Shown one piece after another: positions 27,138-36,542 of a DNA stretch of 54,379 nt. The notes below the pieces were generated by a model, which was not told the DNA's origin, did no database searches, and saw only the letters and a list, made by a program, of their open reading frames with translations. Origin of the DNA: Patescibacteria group bacterium UBA3533 (lineage in GTDB: Bacteria; Patescibacteriota; Minisyncoccia; Phycocordibacterales; Phycocordibacteraceae); the NCBI GenBank assembly GCA_002376865.1, contig DFOU01000009.1:7788-62166 (forward strand), in the 5' to 3' direction. A program made the position numbers and the translations under genes. Each line of letters opens with the position of its first letter. Position 1 is the first letter of the stretch.

Positions 27138-28461
27138 GAAGTAATGTATCGATACGGTTCATATCTCGCGGGAAGAGTGTTGCCTCTTTTACATTCGCAA
27201 TATTCAAGAACTTTGCAGTGAGTCGCTCAAGTCCCATTCCGATTCCTCCATGTGGTGGCATTCCGTACTTAAATGCTTGTAGGTAGTAGCTGAACTTCTC
27301 AGGATCTAGTCCCTTAGCTTTAATTCCCTCTATAAGGTTGTCATAGTCATGGCGCCTTTGCCCCCCTGAGATAATCTCAACTCCCTTAAAGAGAAGGTCA
27401 AAGCTTCCAGTAAACCCAGGATCTTCTGGATCTTCAAAGGTATACATTGGTCGCTTCTCTATTGGGTAGTGTGTGATGTAAATAAAATCTGATCCAAGAT
27501 TCTCGTTTGCATATGTACATAGCCACCTCTCGTGCTCTGGCTCAAGGTCTGGCTCTCCTACAGTATCTTCTCCTGTTTCTTTTTTAATAAGTTCCTGAGC
27601 TTCTTTAAGCTTCATCATTGGAAATTCAGCAGGAGCAAGTGGCAGTTCTGCCTCAAGTAGCTTAAATTCTTCCTCGCATGTTGCTTTTAGGTGCTCAACA
27701 ATTGCTCGCATTAAATCAGCAACAAGATTTGCTACATCCTTGTAGTCCTTAATGAATCCCATCTCAAGGTCCATTGAGGTGTATTCATTGAGGTGTCGAC
27801 TTGTACTGTGCTTCTCTGCTCTAAATACATTTCCTGTAGAGAATACTCGCTCATATACGCCAACCATAATCTGCTTATATAGCTGTGGAGAGGTAGCAAG
27901 GTGTGCTTTTTGATCTCCAAAGTATGGGAATGAGAAGGTGTTTGCTCCTCCCTCTGCATCATCTCCTACAAGCTTTGGAGCTTGGAATTCTGTAAAGCCG
28001 TTTAGAGTTAGAAATGCTCGATATGCTTTTAGGATTTCACTTTGTACTTTAAAGATAGCTTTTGTTTTGTCTGTACGAAGCGTAAGAGGAAGATTATCCA
28101 AGTGTGTATCAAGATTTAGCTCTGCATCCATATCAAAGGGAAGCTCTGCTGACTTATTGAGAACTTTAATTTCTTTAATACCAAATTCAAGTTCTCCATT
28201 TACTTCATCTCGCCGCATCTTCTCTGGACGCTCTTTCACTTCTCCTGTTACCTCCACCGCATAAAAATCAGACACAGCTTGAGCTTGTGGAAGTGCTGTT
28301 TCGTTATAGTCATTTGACGCAACGGCTTGCACAGATGCACTTCGGTCAGTTAGCACCAAGAAAGCAACCTTTCCATGGTCTCGTACACCAGTTACCCATC
28401 CATTGATGGTTACGTCCTTCCCAATATGATCTTTCAAATCTCCAATTAGTGTTCGTTCCAT
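27118..28461 (-). CDS. aspS: Aspartate--tRNA(Asp/Asn) ligase, short archaeal-type
   Basis: 447 aa with no GAD insert; EGGAN, SPQLYKQ, FRAEKH..SRHLNE, GMPPHGG.GMGLER. Confidence 0.92.
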   Translation of the reverse strand: MERTLIGDLKDHIGKDVTINGWVTGVRDHGKVAFLVLTDRSASVQAVASNDYNETALPQAQAVSDFYAVEVTGEVKERPEKMRRDEVNGELEFGIKEIKVLNKSAELPFDMDAELNLDTHLDNLPLTLRTDKTKAIFKVQSEILKAYRAFLTLNGFTEFQAPKLVGDDAEGGANTFSFPYFGDQKAHLATSPQLYKQIMVGVYERVFSTGNVFRAEKHSTSRHLNEYTSMDLEMGFIKDYKDVANLVADLMRAIVEHLKATCEEEFKLLEAELPLAPAEFPMMKLKEAQELIKKETGEDTVGEPDLEPEHERWLCTYANENLGSDFIYITHYPIEKRPMYTFEDPEDPGFTGSFDLLFKGVEIISGGQRRHDYDNLIEGIKAKGLDPEKFSYYLQAFKYGMPPHGGIGMGLERLTAKFLNIANVKEATLFPRDMNRIDTLLHDNNSD

Positions 28462-28463
28462 AT

Positions 28464-29435
28464 TTACAGTGTTACTCCTATTGCATTTTTAACCTCCTTC
28501 ATCTTCTCGTGCGCTACTTTACCTGCTTTCCTTGCTCCTTTCTCTAGAATTTTCTTTATCTTACCTGGATTATTTAGAAGTGCATTGTATTTCTCTCGCA
28601 TTGGAGCAATAACTGCCTTTATATTTACGGATAGTATCTCCTTTGATTCCTTGTATCCGATATCTCCCTTTAGATATCGCTCTCTTAGCTCTTCTAGCTG
28701 ATCTTTACTAAAGAGCTCATGAAGCTTGAAGGTTATATCAGTTGCAGGATCAAGTGGCGCTCCTTTCTCTGTTGAGTCTGTCTTGATTCCCATTACTGCC
28801 TTATCAATCTCTTCATCAGATCCAAACAAAGGAATGACATTGTTGTAGCTTTTGCTCATCTTCTGCCCATCAATTCCAGGAACAACAGCTACTGCCTCTG
28901 GAATCACCTCCTTTGGAAGCTTGAACGTTTCTCCGTATGTATTATTAAATTTAGTTGCAGTATCTCGTGCAAATTCAATGTGTTGCTTCTGATCTTTTCC
29001 AACAGGAACCACATCAGGAGAATAAAGGAGAATATCTGATGCCATAAGCATTGGATAATCAAATGTTCCTACAGAAATATCTTTATTCTTTGCTTCTGCA
29101 TCCTTAAAGGCATGCGCACGCATAAGGTACGGCATTGTTGTAAGTGTATTAAAAATCCATGTGAGCTCTGTGTGCTCTGGTACATCTGATTGCTTGAAAA
29201 TAACTACCTTATTTGGATCAAGGCCAACAGCAACATATCCAGCAACAAGCTCTTTGATAAGCTGCTGCATCTCTTCTTTATTTTGTACGGAGTTAAGAGC
29301 GTGATAGTCAGCAAGCATTACGTACATTTGATGATCATTCTGCAAATCAACAAATTGCTTAACGGCTCCTAAATAATTACCAACATGGAGTGCTCCTGTT
29401 GGCTTAACACCTGAAAGTAGAACTGGTTTTCCCAT
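28464..29435 (-). CDS. trpS: Tryptophan--tRNA ligase
   Basis: SGVKPTG.LHVGNY, VPVGKDQ.QH, KMSKS. Confidence 0.97.
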   Translation of the reverse strand: MGKPVLLSGVKPTGALHVGNYLGAVKQFVDLQNDHQMYVMLADYHALNSVQNKEEMQQLIKELVAGYVAVGLDPNKVVIFKQSDVPEHTELTWIFNTLTTMPYLMRAHAFKDAEAKNKDISVGTFDYPMLMASDILLYSPDVVPVGKDQKQHIEFARDTATKFNNTYGETFKLPKEVIPEAVAVVPGIDGQKMSKSYNNVIPLFGSDEEIDKAVMGIKTDSTEKGAPLDPATDITFKLHELFSKDQLEELRERYLKGDIGYKESKEILSVNIKAVIAPMREKYNALLNNPGKIKKILEKGARKAGKVAHEKMKEVKNAIGVTL

Positions 29436-29495
29436 ATGTGAAAACTATAGCAGAAAACAAAAAAGCCGCGAGGGCTTTGTTGTTGTAACTATTAG

Positions 29496-29578
29496 TGCGC
29501 CGAGAGGGATTCGAACCCCCGTAGACGTAAGTCGCGAGATTTACAGTCTCGTGCATTTGACCGCTCTGCCACCGACGC
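29496..29578 (-). tRNA. tRNA-Tyr(GTA), CCA not encoded
   Basis: Cloverleaf with acceptor GCGTCGG/TCGGCGC, anticodon arm CGAGA-CTGTAAA-TCTCG, long variable arm, GGTTCGAATCC. Confidence 0.95.
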
Positions 29579-29606
29579 AATTCAAGCACTATACCCTAGT
29601 AGAGTG

Positions 29607-30839
29607 CTATTTCAAGCTTAGAATAACAACATCCCGCTTCCCTTTCTTTAGGAGCGCTAGTCCATTTACAAAATCTGTAGGATTGATTGTTTCTCCTATA
29701 TTTCCAACCTTCTTATTCCCTATTCCAACTCCCCCTCCTTCTATTAGGCGTTTTGCTTCTCCTTTAGATCCTGCAAGGTTAGAGCTTTGAAGAATGTCTA
29801 TAATTGCATCCTTTGAAGATACTTTGAGGCTTGGAGCACCCTCTAGGAGCATCTTTTTTGTGTCATTTGTAATAGTGGTCAGATCTCCAGAGAAAAGTAC
29901 TTCTGAAGCCTTCTGTGCAGCCTCAGCATTAGATTCACCGTGCACTAGCTTTGTTACTTCGTGCGCCAAAGTCTTTTGTGCCTTTCTTGCTTGAGGATTT
30001 GAATCCATTAAGTCTCGTATCTGCTCATGTGTTAACTCAGTGTAGATATTAAGAAGTTTTTCTACCTCATGATCACTGGTATTTAGCCAGAACTGATAGA
30101 ACTTAAATACAGAAGTCTTCTTAGGATCAAGCCATACTGCATTTCCTTCACTCTTTCCAAACTTCTTGCCTGTTGCGTCTGTTACAAGGGGCATGGTTAG
30201 TCCAAATGCTTCATCCCCTGTCTTCTTTCGTACCAGTTCCATTCCAGATACGATATTTCCCCACTGATCTGATGCTCCTATCTGAAGATCACAATTGTAT
30301 TTCTCATGTAGATGATAGAAATCATATGCTTGAAGGAGTGCGTATGAAAATTCAGTGTATGAAATGCTGTTGTCATCTCCTTGAAGACGATCTTTGATAA
30401 GGTCTCTTTTAATTAGAGAGTTAACGGTGAAGTGCTTTCCAACATCTCGAAGAAATTCAATAAGATGGAGTGAGTTTAGCCAATTTGCGTTGTTTACTAC
30501 TGCAAAGTCTTTGCTTCCAAAGAGTTTTTGGATTTGTTTAATTTGAGCTTTTGCATTCTTCTCAATTGTTTTTGTGTCTTGGAGTACTCGCTCATTTGTT
30601 TTTCCAGAAGGATCTCCAATTGCTCCTGTTGCACCACCAATGAGGATAATTGCTCGGTGCCCGTTATCTGAGAGTCGCTTTGCAAGCATGAGGGGTGCTA
30701 AGTTTCCAATTTGGAAAGAATCAGCACTTGGATCAATACCAAGATAGAAGGTTCTCTTCTCTTTTAGAACATCTTCTAACTCTCCACCTGCTATTTGGTG
30801 GATGAATCCTCGATTCTTTAACTCATGCTTTAGGTTCAT
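29607..30839 (-). CDS. tyrS: Tyrosine--tRNA ligase
   Basis: YLGIDPSADS, IGDPSG, QIGASDQWGN, KFGKS, C-terminal S4 domain. Confidence 0.97.
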   Translation of the reverse strand: MNLKHELKNRGFIHQIAGGELEDVLKEKRTFYLGIDPSADSFQIGNLAPLMLAKRLSDNGHRAIILIGGATGAIGDPSGKTNERVLQDTKTIEKNAKAQIKQIQKLFGSKDFAVVNNANWLNSLHLIEFLRDVGKHFTVNSLIKRDLIKDRLQGDDNSISYTEFSYALLQAYDFYHLHEKYNCDLQIGASDQWGNIVSGMELVRKKTGDEAFGLTMPLVTDATGKKFGKSEGNAVWLDPKKTSVFKFYQFWLNTSDHEVEKLLNIYTELTHEQIRDLMDSNPQARKAQKTLAHEVTKLVHGESNAEAAQKASEVLFSGDLTTITNDTKKMLLEGAPSLKVSSKDAIIDILQSSNLAGSKGEAKRLIEGGGVGIGNKKVGNIGETINPTDFVNGLALLKKGKRDVVILSLK

Positions 30840-30867
30840 GGTTGTAGTGTAGCAAATTCTTTTGCGC

Positions 30868-31449
30868 CTACCCTACTTTTTCTGCAATAACGTGAAAGAC
30901 GTGCCAAAATTTATCTTTTCCAGCAGCAGTCTTCTTCATAACCTTTTCCTCTTCAAGTTTGTGTATTTCCCAATCTTTTCCAAAAACTTCTTTCACACCT
31001 TCTAATGTCGTGAAAGTCATTTCTTTGTTATCCGCCCAATCATCTTTAATTCCAAAAAATTGACCTGTGAAAATACCTTTGTGTTCAATAGAGTTTTTCA
31101 TATCAGAAATCACCTTTTTAAAAGTGCTTGGGCTGCTAAAAGGTAATGCGTATTGAGCATTTACAAGACTGAATGTTTCTTTTGGGAAGCGGTATTTATC
31201 AAAAGTCTTTATTTCTACCTCGTAAGTATTTTTGGGCAAATCTCTTACAAGATCTTCAACTGTTGGATTTGAATCAACAATAACAACATGAAAATCTTGC
31301 TCTATTAGAAACCTCGTGTCATTTAAAGAGCCTGCACCTAAATCAAGAGCTCTTCTTTTTGAATCTTGATTTACATACTGAAGAGACTCTCTAAGAAGAG
31401 GTCTTGGGGGTGCATTTTTCGTATTTTCTAAATATTTATTCCATTCCAT
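30868..31449 (-). CDS. Class I SAM-dependent methyltransferase
   Basis: ALDLGAG motif I, G.FTGQFFG..D.W, KFWHVFHVIAEK. Confidence 0.85.
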   Translation of the reverse strand: MEWNKYLENTKNAPPRPLLRESLQYVNQDSKRRALDLGAGSLNDTRFLIEQDFHVVIVDSNPTVEDLVRDLPKNTYEVEIKTFDKYRFPKETFSLVNAQYALPFSSPSTFKKVISDMKNSIEHKGIFTGQFFGIKDDWADNKEMTFTTLEGVKEVFGKDWEIHKLEEEKVMKKTAAGKDKFWHVFHVIAEKVG

Positions 31450-32068
31450 AATTTTTCTTTATTTCTTTTATAAGATTCTTTGCGCCGAGAGAATTAACAA
31501 TGTTCCAGGCTCTAGTATATTCGTCTGTTGTATGGGCTTTTGATCTAATAATATTATTCCTAAACCTCTCAGGCTTTTTTAGGACCTCTAAATAAAGAAC
31601 CTTTAGAATAGAGTGTACGTAGATATGATTCCGCGTACAATCTGTTTCTTCTGGAAATTCGGACTTGAGCCAATTCTCTAACTTACAAGAAATAACTTTT
31701 TTGTTATCAGAAAAAAGTATGTGCAGGAGCTCGTGCGTAAGATTATCGCAAAAATCTTCAGGAGTTTTCCTTATGTCAAAGATAATTGGACGACTAAAGG
31801 ACCTGTTTATTAACCGAACAACGTGAACATCAACAAAATTTCTCTTGAATGATAATTCTGTAATCTTTGAAATAAAATTTAGAACCTTTTTTTCATCTTT
31901 TCTCCAACACCTTCTATAGTCATTAATTATTTCAATAACCTCATTCTGTGGCCTTGCATCGATAAGAGATAGACTAAATCTTTTTTCAAAAAAGCTGCCA
32001 AATATTGGATCTAGAAATCTGTTGTACTTTATTTGTATTTTTGGATTCTTTCTTGTAAAAAAGTTCAT
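31436..32068 (-). CDS. Hypothetical protein with HExxH motif (possible zinc metallopeptidase)
   Basis: LTHELLHIL; AT-rich. Confidence 0.6.
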   Translation of the reverse strand: MNFFTRKNPKIQIKYNRFLDPIFGSFFEKRFSLSLIDARPQNEVIEIINDYRRCWRKDEKKVLNFISKITELSFKRNFVDVHVVRLINRSFSRPIIFDIRKTPEDFCDNLTHELLHILFSDNKKVISCKLENWLKSEFPEETDCTRNHIYVHSILKVLYLEVLKKPERFRNNIIRSKAHTTDEYTRAWNIVNSLGAKNLIKEIKKNYGME

Positions 32069-32086
32069 AAGTTTTATTACTATATT

Positions 32087-32116
32087 AAAAGCGAAGTAGT
32101 GTTTCCACTACTTCGC
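32087..32116 (-). terminator. Terminator after the GNAT gene
   Basis: gcgaagtagtg/cactacttcgc hairpin with adjacent A run. Confidence 0.7.
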
Positions 32117-32118
32117 AA

Positions 32119-32652
32119 CTAAGAAAGTCTATTGTAGATTTTTGACCTTTTACTTTTGTGTAAAAAGAATCTTATAAGACCAAACTTTCTACTTCCACAC
32201 CTTCTTAAGCTCACAAAGCCTTGGGCTTGCTTAAATCCAATTCGTGACAGCAATGATACAACTCTCTCGTTGTATTCGTACACATCACAAATTATGGTTT
32301 CCACGCCAAGGTTGTTAAAGAACAATTCACAGTACCTTACAAAAGCTGAAGCAATTGCTGGATTTGACCTACTCCTTCTTTGTACATAAGTACCTATTGT
32401 TACTTCACTTCTATCCTTTGAAAAAAGATAGCCAAAAATAGTTCCTACAGGCATGCCTTTTTCATCGAGAATCATTCTGTGCTCTTTCCAATATTTTTTG
32501 TGGCAAGCACTTAATTCATTTCGAAAAGCATTTAAGGAGGTAATTTTTTTACGCTCACTTACTAAGTACCTCCAGTCAGTAGATTTTCTCCAGCTGTATA
32601 AAGTTTGAAGATCTCTTTCCTCAGTAAATTCTGCCAACTTGAGATTGTACAT
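32119..32652 (-). CDS. GNAT (RimJ/RimL-like) N-acetyltransferase
   Basis: L..F.E.DL..LYSWR, PVGTI, V.EYN.....L..RIGFKQ; SD AGGAG. Confidence 0.75.
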   Translation of the reverse strand: MYNLKLAEFTEERDLQTLYSWRKSTDWRYLVSERKKITSLNAFRNELSACHKKYWKEHRMILDEKGMPVGTIFGYLFSKDRSEVTIGTYVQRRSRSNPAIASAFVRYCELFFNNLGVETIICDVYEYNERVVSLLSRIGFKQAQGFVSLRRCGSRKFGLIRFFLHKSKRSKIYNRLS

Positions 32653-32678
32653 CTAGCAACTCCTATTTCTTTAAGAAT

Positions 32679-32707
32679 TGAGGGGTCTGTATAGAACAGA
32701 CCCCTCA
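32679..32707. other. Strong hairpin between the peptide gene and the GNAT gene (partial terminator or mRNA-stabilising stem)
   Basis: tgaggggtctgt-ataga-acagacccctca perfect 12-bp stem. Confidence 0.65.
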
Positions 32708-32716
32708 GGCTGGCGT

Positions 32717-32926
32717 TTACGGATCAGACTCTTCGCCATAGTCATCGCTGTCAGGGCCAGTGCCATCATCATCTGGGTCAGGCTCTCCGCCGAACATAAA
32801 TGTTCGGCCAGGACGAGCAGGGCCAGTGACACAGCCACCGTACTCTTGCATTTTTTCTGGATCCATGAAGATCGCAGAAAGCGGCGTTGGCGAAGAAACT
32901 ATTTCAGTTTGATTTAAGATACGCAT
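32717..32926 (-). CDS. 69-aa peptide with two GG motifs and an acidic tail (possible modified-peptide precursor)
   Basis: SD AAGGAG 8 nt before the ATG at 32926; MRILNQ...QEYGGCVTGPARPGRTFMFGGEPDPDDDG... Confidence 0.6.
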   Translation of the reverse strand: MRILNQTEIVSSPTPLSAIFMDPEKMQEYGGCVTGPARPGRTFMFGGEPDPDDDGTGPDSDDYGEESDP

Positions 32927-32990
32927 TACGCGCTCTCCTTCTCTTAAGTAACAAGGACCCAATGTCCACTAACGAAACTAACTCAATTAA

Positions 32991-33015
32991 AAATGTCGTA
33001 AATATTTAACAAAAA
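32991..33015. repeat. 25-bp direct repeat, copy 1 (putative operator)
   Basis: AAATGTCGTAAATATTTAACAAAAA, identical to 33905-33929. Confidence 0.85.
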
Positions 33016-33172
33016 CGACATCATATTTTTACAAAAAGTCAAAATGTGTTTATTACAAATAACAAAAATTCTCTTTTTATAAAGGCTTTTTTATAAATCT
33101 TGTTTTATTTTCTCAACACAAATATTTTTTAATTTTAAAAACTCAAATTTTGTTGTTGTTAATCAGAAACAA

Positions 33173-33673
33173 CTATTTGTCACACCAAAAGTAAATTCCC
33201 CCAGTAACATTTGGTCCAGTTTCTTCCCAAAGGGAGATGAATTCTTTTAAAGGAATTTCTATTTTTTCTCCACCTTTTCGTTGATGTGGATCATTTACAT
33301 ACACTTTGTCATTTGAAAAACCAACAACTACTTTGAAATGACCTAAAAGTGATTTTTCTTTTGAAAGTTGCTGGCATACAACTATTGGCATTTTTGCTTT
33401 GTTTATATAAAAATCCAAAAGAGTTCTCACGTTTTCTTGATCAAGAATAGCTTTAGAGATGCCAACACTCATCCCTTCTTCTCTTAATTCTTGAACCAGA
33501 TCAACAGTTTTTATTCGAAAATCTTCAGCACCGCTTGGGTCTTTCTCTTTGTAACGTTCAAATAGCTTTATTTGATCAATATTTTTTTCTTTGAAATAGA
33601 ACAGCAACATTGCCAAAACAGCAGGGCCGCAAGTCCAATCATTTTCTTGTTTTATAAAAGGTATTTTTAACAT
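33173..33673 (-). CDS. Stand-alone C39-like cysteine peptidase
   Basis: Q-x5-CG (QENDWTCG), GHFKVVVG and NDP, the C39 catalytic pattern. Confidence 0.85.
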   Translation of the reverse strand: MLKIPFIKQENDWTCGPAVLAMLLFYFKEKNIDQIKLFERYKEKDPSGAEDFRIKTVDLVQELREEGMSVGISKAILDQENVRTLLDFYINKAKMPIVVCQQLSKEKSLLGHFKVVVGFSNDKVYVNDPHQRKGGEKIEIPLKEFISLWEETGPNVTGGIYFWCDK

Positions 33674-33694
33674 GGTTAATATAATTATATATCT

Positions 33695-33723
33695 AAAAAA
33701 AAGAGGAGCGACAAGCGCTCCTC
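33695..33723 (-). terminator. Intrinsic terminator of the 23-aa peptide gene
   Basis: Minus strand gaggagcg-cttgt-cgctcctc followed by T8. Confidence 0.85.
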
Positions 33724-33744
33724 AGTTAATGGTTAGCCAGCACA

Positions 33745-33816
33745 TTACTTGCCGTCCTTGCCGCCGCCTCCGCCGCCGCAACCGCTACCATTGTGATTTC
33801 CACCGTTACCAGACAT
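33745..33816 (-). CDS. 23-aa Gly-rich micropeptide MSGNGGNHNGSGCGGGGGGKDGK (not in the ORF track)
   Basis: SD AAAGGA 6 nt upstream, GC-rich coding patch in an AT-rich spacer, dedicated terminator. Confidence 0.6.
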   Translation of the reverse strand: MSGNGGNHNGSGCGGGGGGKDGK

Positions 33817-33904
33817 AACATTTCCTTTTTGTCTGAAAGAGCTAGAGCTCTCATAAAAACCCTCTTGGTTCCTATGTGCTCTGAGAACATTTTTACTTAT
33901 GTAG

Positions 33905-33929
33905 AAATGTCGTAAATATTTAACAAAAA
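33905..33929. repeat. 25-bp direct repeat, copy 2 (putative operator)
   Basis: Identical to 32991-33015; immediately downstream of a minus-strand TTGACA-N18-TATTAT. Confidence 0.85.
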
Positions 33930-34100
33930 TAATACAATCGATATTTCCACCCTGTCAAAACACGTTGATAAATAACAACATTTTCTAATGACTTAAATAC
34001 TTACTATTTCCCTATTCTGTTGTTAGCTTCCAACAACAATATTTGCATTATGTCAAATAGTCTGCTTTTATGTCGTATATAACCAACACGTAAATTACAT

Positions 34101-34883
34101 ATGTTAACGAAGCAATTAGAAAAATTTGGACTAAGTGAGAAGGAGGCAAAAGTATATGTTGCCCTTATTGAGCTTGAAGTAGCTACTGCCAATGAGGTTG
34201 CAGAGCGAGCTGATGTTAATCGAAGCTCTACATATGTAGTGCTTGATTCCCTACTAAACAAAGGTCTTGTGAGTATTTCTGAAGACAAGACTGTAAAACA
34301 GTACGTTGCAACAAATCCTGAAATTCTTATTCAAGAAATTGAAGCAACTATTCAAGAAAGAACAGCTGTGAAAGAAGGTTTGCATGGAATCCTTCCTGAA
34401 CTTAAAGCACTTCACAAAGATACAAAGAGAAAACCAAAAGTGAAGGTTTTTGAGGGGAAAAAAGGTCTTATCGCAGCCTTTGAGGACTCTCTAACAACAA
34501 AAAACAAAGTAATTCGAATTGCTTCTTCAGTAACAAAAATTAGTAAGATACTTCCTTTGTATATGCCAAAGTATATTGATAGACGTTCTGAACTTGGTAT
34601 TAGAATGATTGGAATCCACCCAGATCATAAACTTGGACGGTTTCTTATGGGACTAAAGTCAAGTAAGACTGTAAATGATGATGCCATTTTGATTCCTGAA
34701 GATACATTTGAATTTACTTCTGACTTCGCAATTTATGACAATAAAGTTGCATACATGAATGAAAAAAATGGAGGAACCGCTGTAATTATCGAAGACAAGG
34801 AGATTGCAGAAATGTCCAAGAATGTTTTCGACCTTGCGCACAAAGAGGCAAAGAGAATTCAAGATGCCGCTAAGAAGTCTTAA
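34101..34883 (+). CDS. TrmB-family transcriptional regulator
   Basis: L.KFGLSEKEAKVY.AL..L..ATANEVA....VNRSSTY.VL..L..KGLV; C-terminal effector domain with IYDNKVA. Confidence 0.9.
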   Translation: MLTKQLEKFGLSEKEAKVYVALIELEVATANEVAERADVNRSSTYVVLDSLLNKGLVSISEDKTVKQYVATNPEILIQEIEATIQERTAVKEGLHGILPELKALHKDTKRKPKVKVFEGKKGLIAAFEDSLTTKNKVIRIASSVTKISKILPLYMPKYIDRRSELGIRMIGIHPDHKLGRFLMGLKSSKTVNDDAILIPEDTFEFTSDFAIYDNKVAYMNEKNGGTAVIIEDKEIAEMSKNVFDLAHKEAKRIQDAAKKS

Positions 34884-36504
34884 TAGGCAACTCTATAATA
34901 AAGCGAGAACCTTTACCTTTTCCTTCTGATTCTGCCCAGATCCTTCCTTTGTGTGCTTCAACCATTTGTTTTGCAACATAAAGCCCAAGCCCTGTTCCTG
35001 AAGTATTAATTTTATTTGCTCCTCGAGCACGGATAAATTTATTGAACAAATCTCCAATATCTTCCTTTGCAAGTCCAACCCCAGTATCTGAAACAGTAAC
35101 TCGCGCCTTGCCTTCAAACTCTGTCGCTTTTACCGTAACGCTTCCTGAAGGAGTGTATTTAATTGAGTTATCTACAAGATTTGCAATAACCTGCTTTATC
35201 TTTCCAATATCAGCGTGCACAACAATTTTCTTTGCACCACCAAATGTTAAATCTAATTTCTTATTCTCAGCAACAGGCGCGTACTCATCAGTAACTGTTT
35301 TGGCAAGATTTGTAATATCAAAATCACTCATTTCATATTTCATCCTTCCCTGCTCAATTCGAGAGATGTTTAAATAATCTTCAATTGAGTTGATCATAAG
35401 ACGACTTGATTCTGAAATTCGCTTCAAAGGTTCTTCTATAGTTTTAGGAAAATCCCCAAACTCTTTTTCCAAAATTAATGATATATACCCTCTAATTGCA
35501 GTAATTGGACTACGCAACTGGTGCGATGCGATAGAAACAAACTCTGACTTTTGCCGGTCAAGCTCTTTTAGCCTTTCATTAGCAACTTCTAACTCTTTTG
35601 CCAGTTTCTCAATTTTCTCTCTTTGCTGTACTTCTCGCACGACACTTCGTATCAAACTAATTCCGAACACTAGTATTAGTACAAAAATAACTGTTCTAAA
35701 AATAATAAGAAGTAATGTGTCTGCATTTACAATTTCACTTAACGTCAAAATAGATATTGCAAATACCAAAAGTGCCGCCCCGGCAACCTTTACGTTGAAG
35801 AGTCCATGACGCAAAATTGCATACGCAGCAAAAACAATAAACGGGAATTGGAAAATTCCTCCAAGAGCTATAAATCGCGAATCATTAAAGAATGCTGGAA
35901 GAATAAAATTAAACGTCATAATAAGACCGAGCATGAGCGTGGCACCAAGTAAGATAAACCACAGCGGACGTCGTTGATCCTGATCTTTCTTTAAGAGTTT
36001 TTGCACCAAAAGATAGATACCTCCAATATTAAAGAAGAGTATTAGGGCAGAATAAAAAGCAATTCCAAACCCATTCTCTACCGTTAAAATACTTCCTTCG
36101 ATAGTTAGACTTGTCACCTTCTCAAATACCAGCGGCGTGAGCGTTAGAAAAGAAACAAAGCCTGTTATAGGAATTAGTAGCCACTTAAATGTTTTTGATA
36201 CGCAGAGTGTTTTTGAAGGGAACGTGCAAATGAACCCAAACATACAAAAAGCAGCCCATATAGAGAAAAATACTGCCAAACGCAACAAGAGGAGAGAAAA
36301 TTCAGGAGAATCGTATGGTTGATAGACAGCGTAATTTACCATTCCCCAAGCGCTTGCTGTAATAGCCAACCATAGGAAAAGTCTATTTGTTGCACTTTGC
36401 CAATCATTGAACAAAACTACAAATCCAAGAACCATCATGCCGGCTGCGGCAATACCAACAGAAAAAAGATCAAGGTTTTGAAAATGCGCCAAGAGATCAA
36501 TCAT
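34870..36504 (-). CDS. Sensor histidine kinase with N-terminal 7TM-type multi-pass membrane domain
   Basis: H-box SHQLRSPIT, N-box NLVDNSIKYT, G1 DTGVG, G2 GTGLGL; about 9 TM helices. Confidence 0.95.
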   Translation of the reverse strand: MIDLLAHFQNLDLFSVGIAAAGMMVLGFVVLFNDWQSATNRLFLWLAITASAWGMVNYAVYQPYDSPEFSLLLLRLAVFFSIWAAFCMFGFICTFPSKTLCVSKTFKWLLIPITGFVSFLTLTPLVFEKVTSLTIEGSILTVENGFGIAFYSALILFFNIGGIYLLVQKLLKKDQDQRRPLWFILLGATLMLGLIMTFNFILPAFFNDSRFIALGGIFQFPFIVFAAYAILRHGLFNVKVAGAALLVFAISILTLSEIVNADTLLLIIFRTVIFVLILVFGISLIRSVVREVQQREKIEKLAKELEVANERLKELDRQKSEFVSIASHQLRSPITAIRGYISLILEKEFGDFPKTIEEPLKRISESSRLMINSIEDYLNISRIEQGRMKYEMSDFDITNLAKTVTDEYAPVAENKKLDLTFGGAKKIVVHADIGKIKQVIANLVDNSIKYTPSGSVTVKATEFEGKARVTVSDTGVGLAKEDIGDLFNKFIRARGANKINTSGTGLGLYVAKQMVEAHKGRIWAESEGKGKGSRFIIELPIKTS

Positions 36505-36542
36505 GTATAGCTACATGATAACGTACTTGGCTTTAAAAATTA

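Noticed and set aside
29404-29589. 61-aa ORF upstream of trpS
   Set aside because: It overlaps tRNA-Tyr and is spurious.
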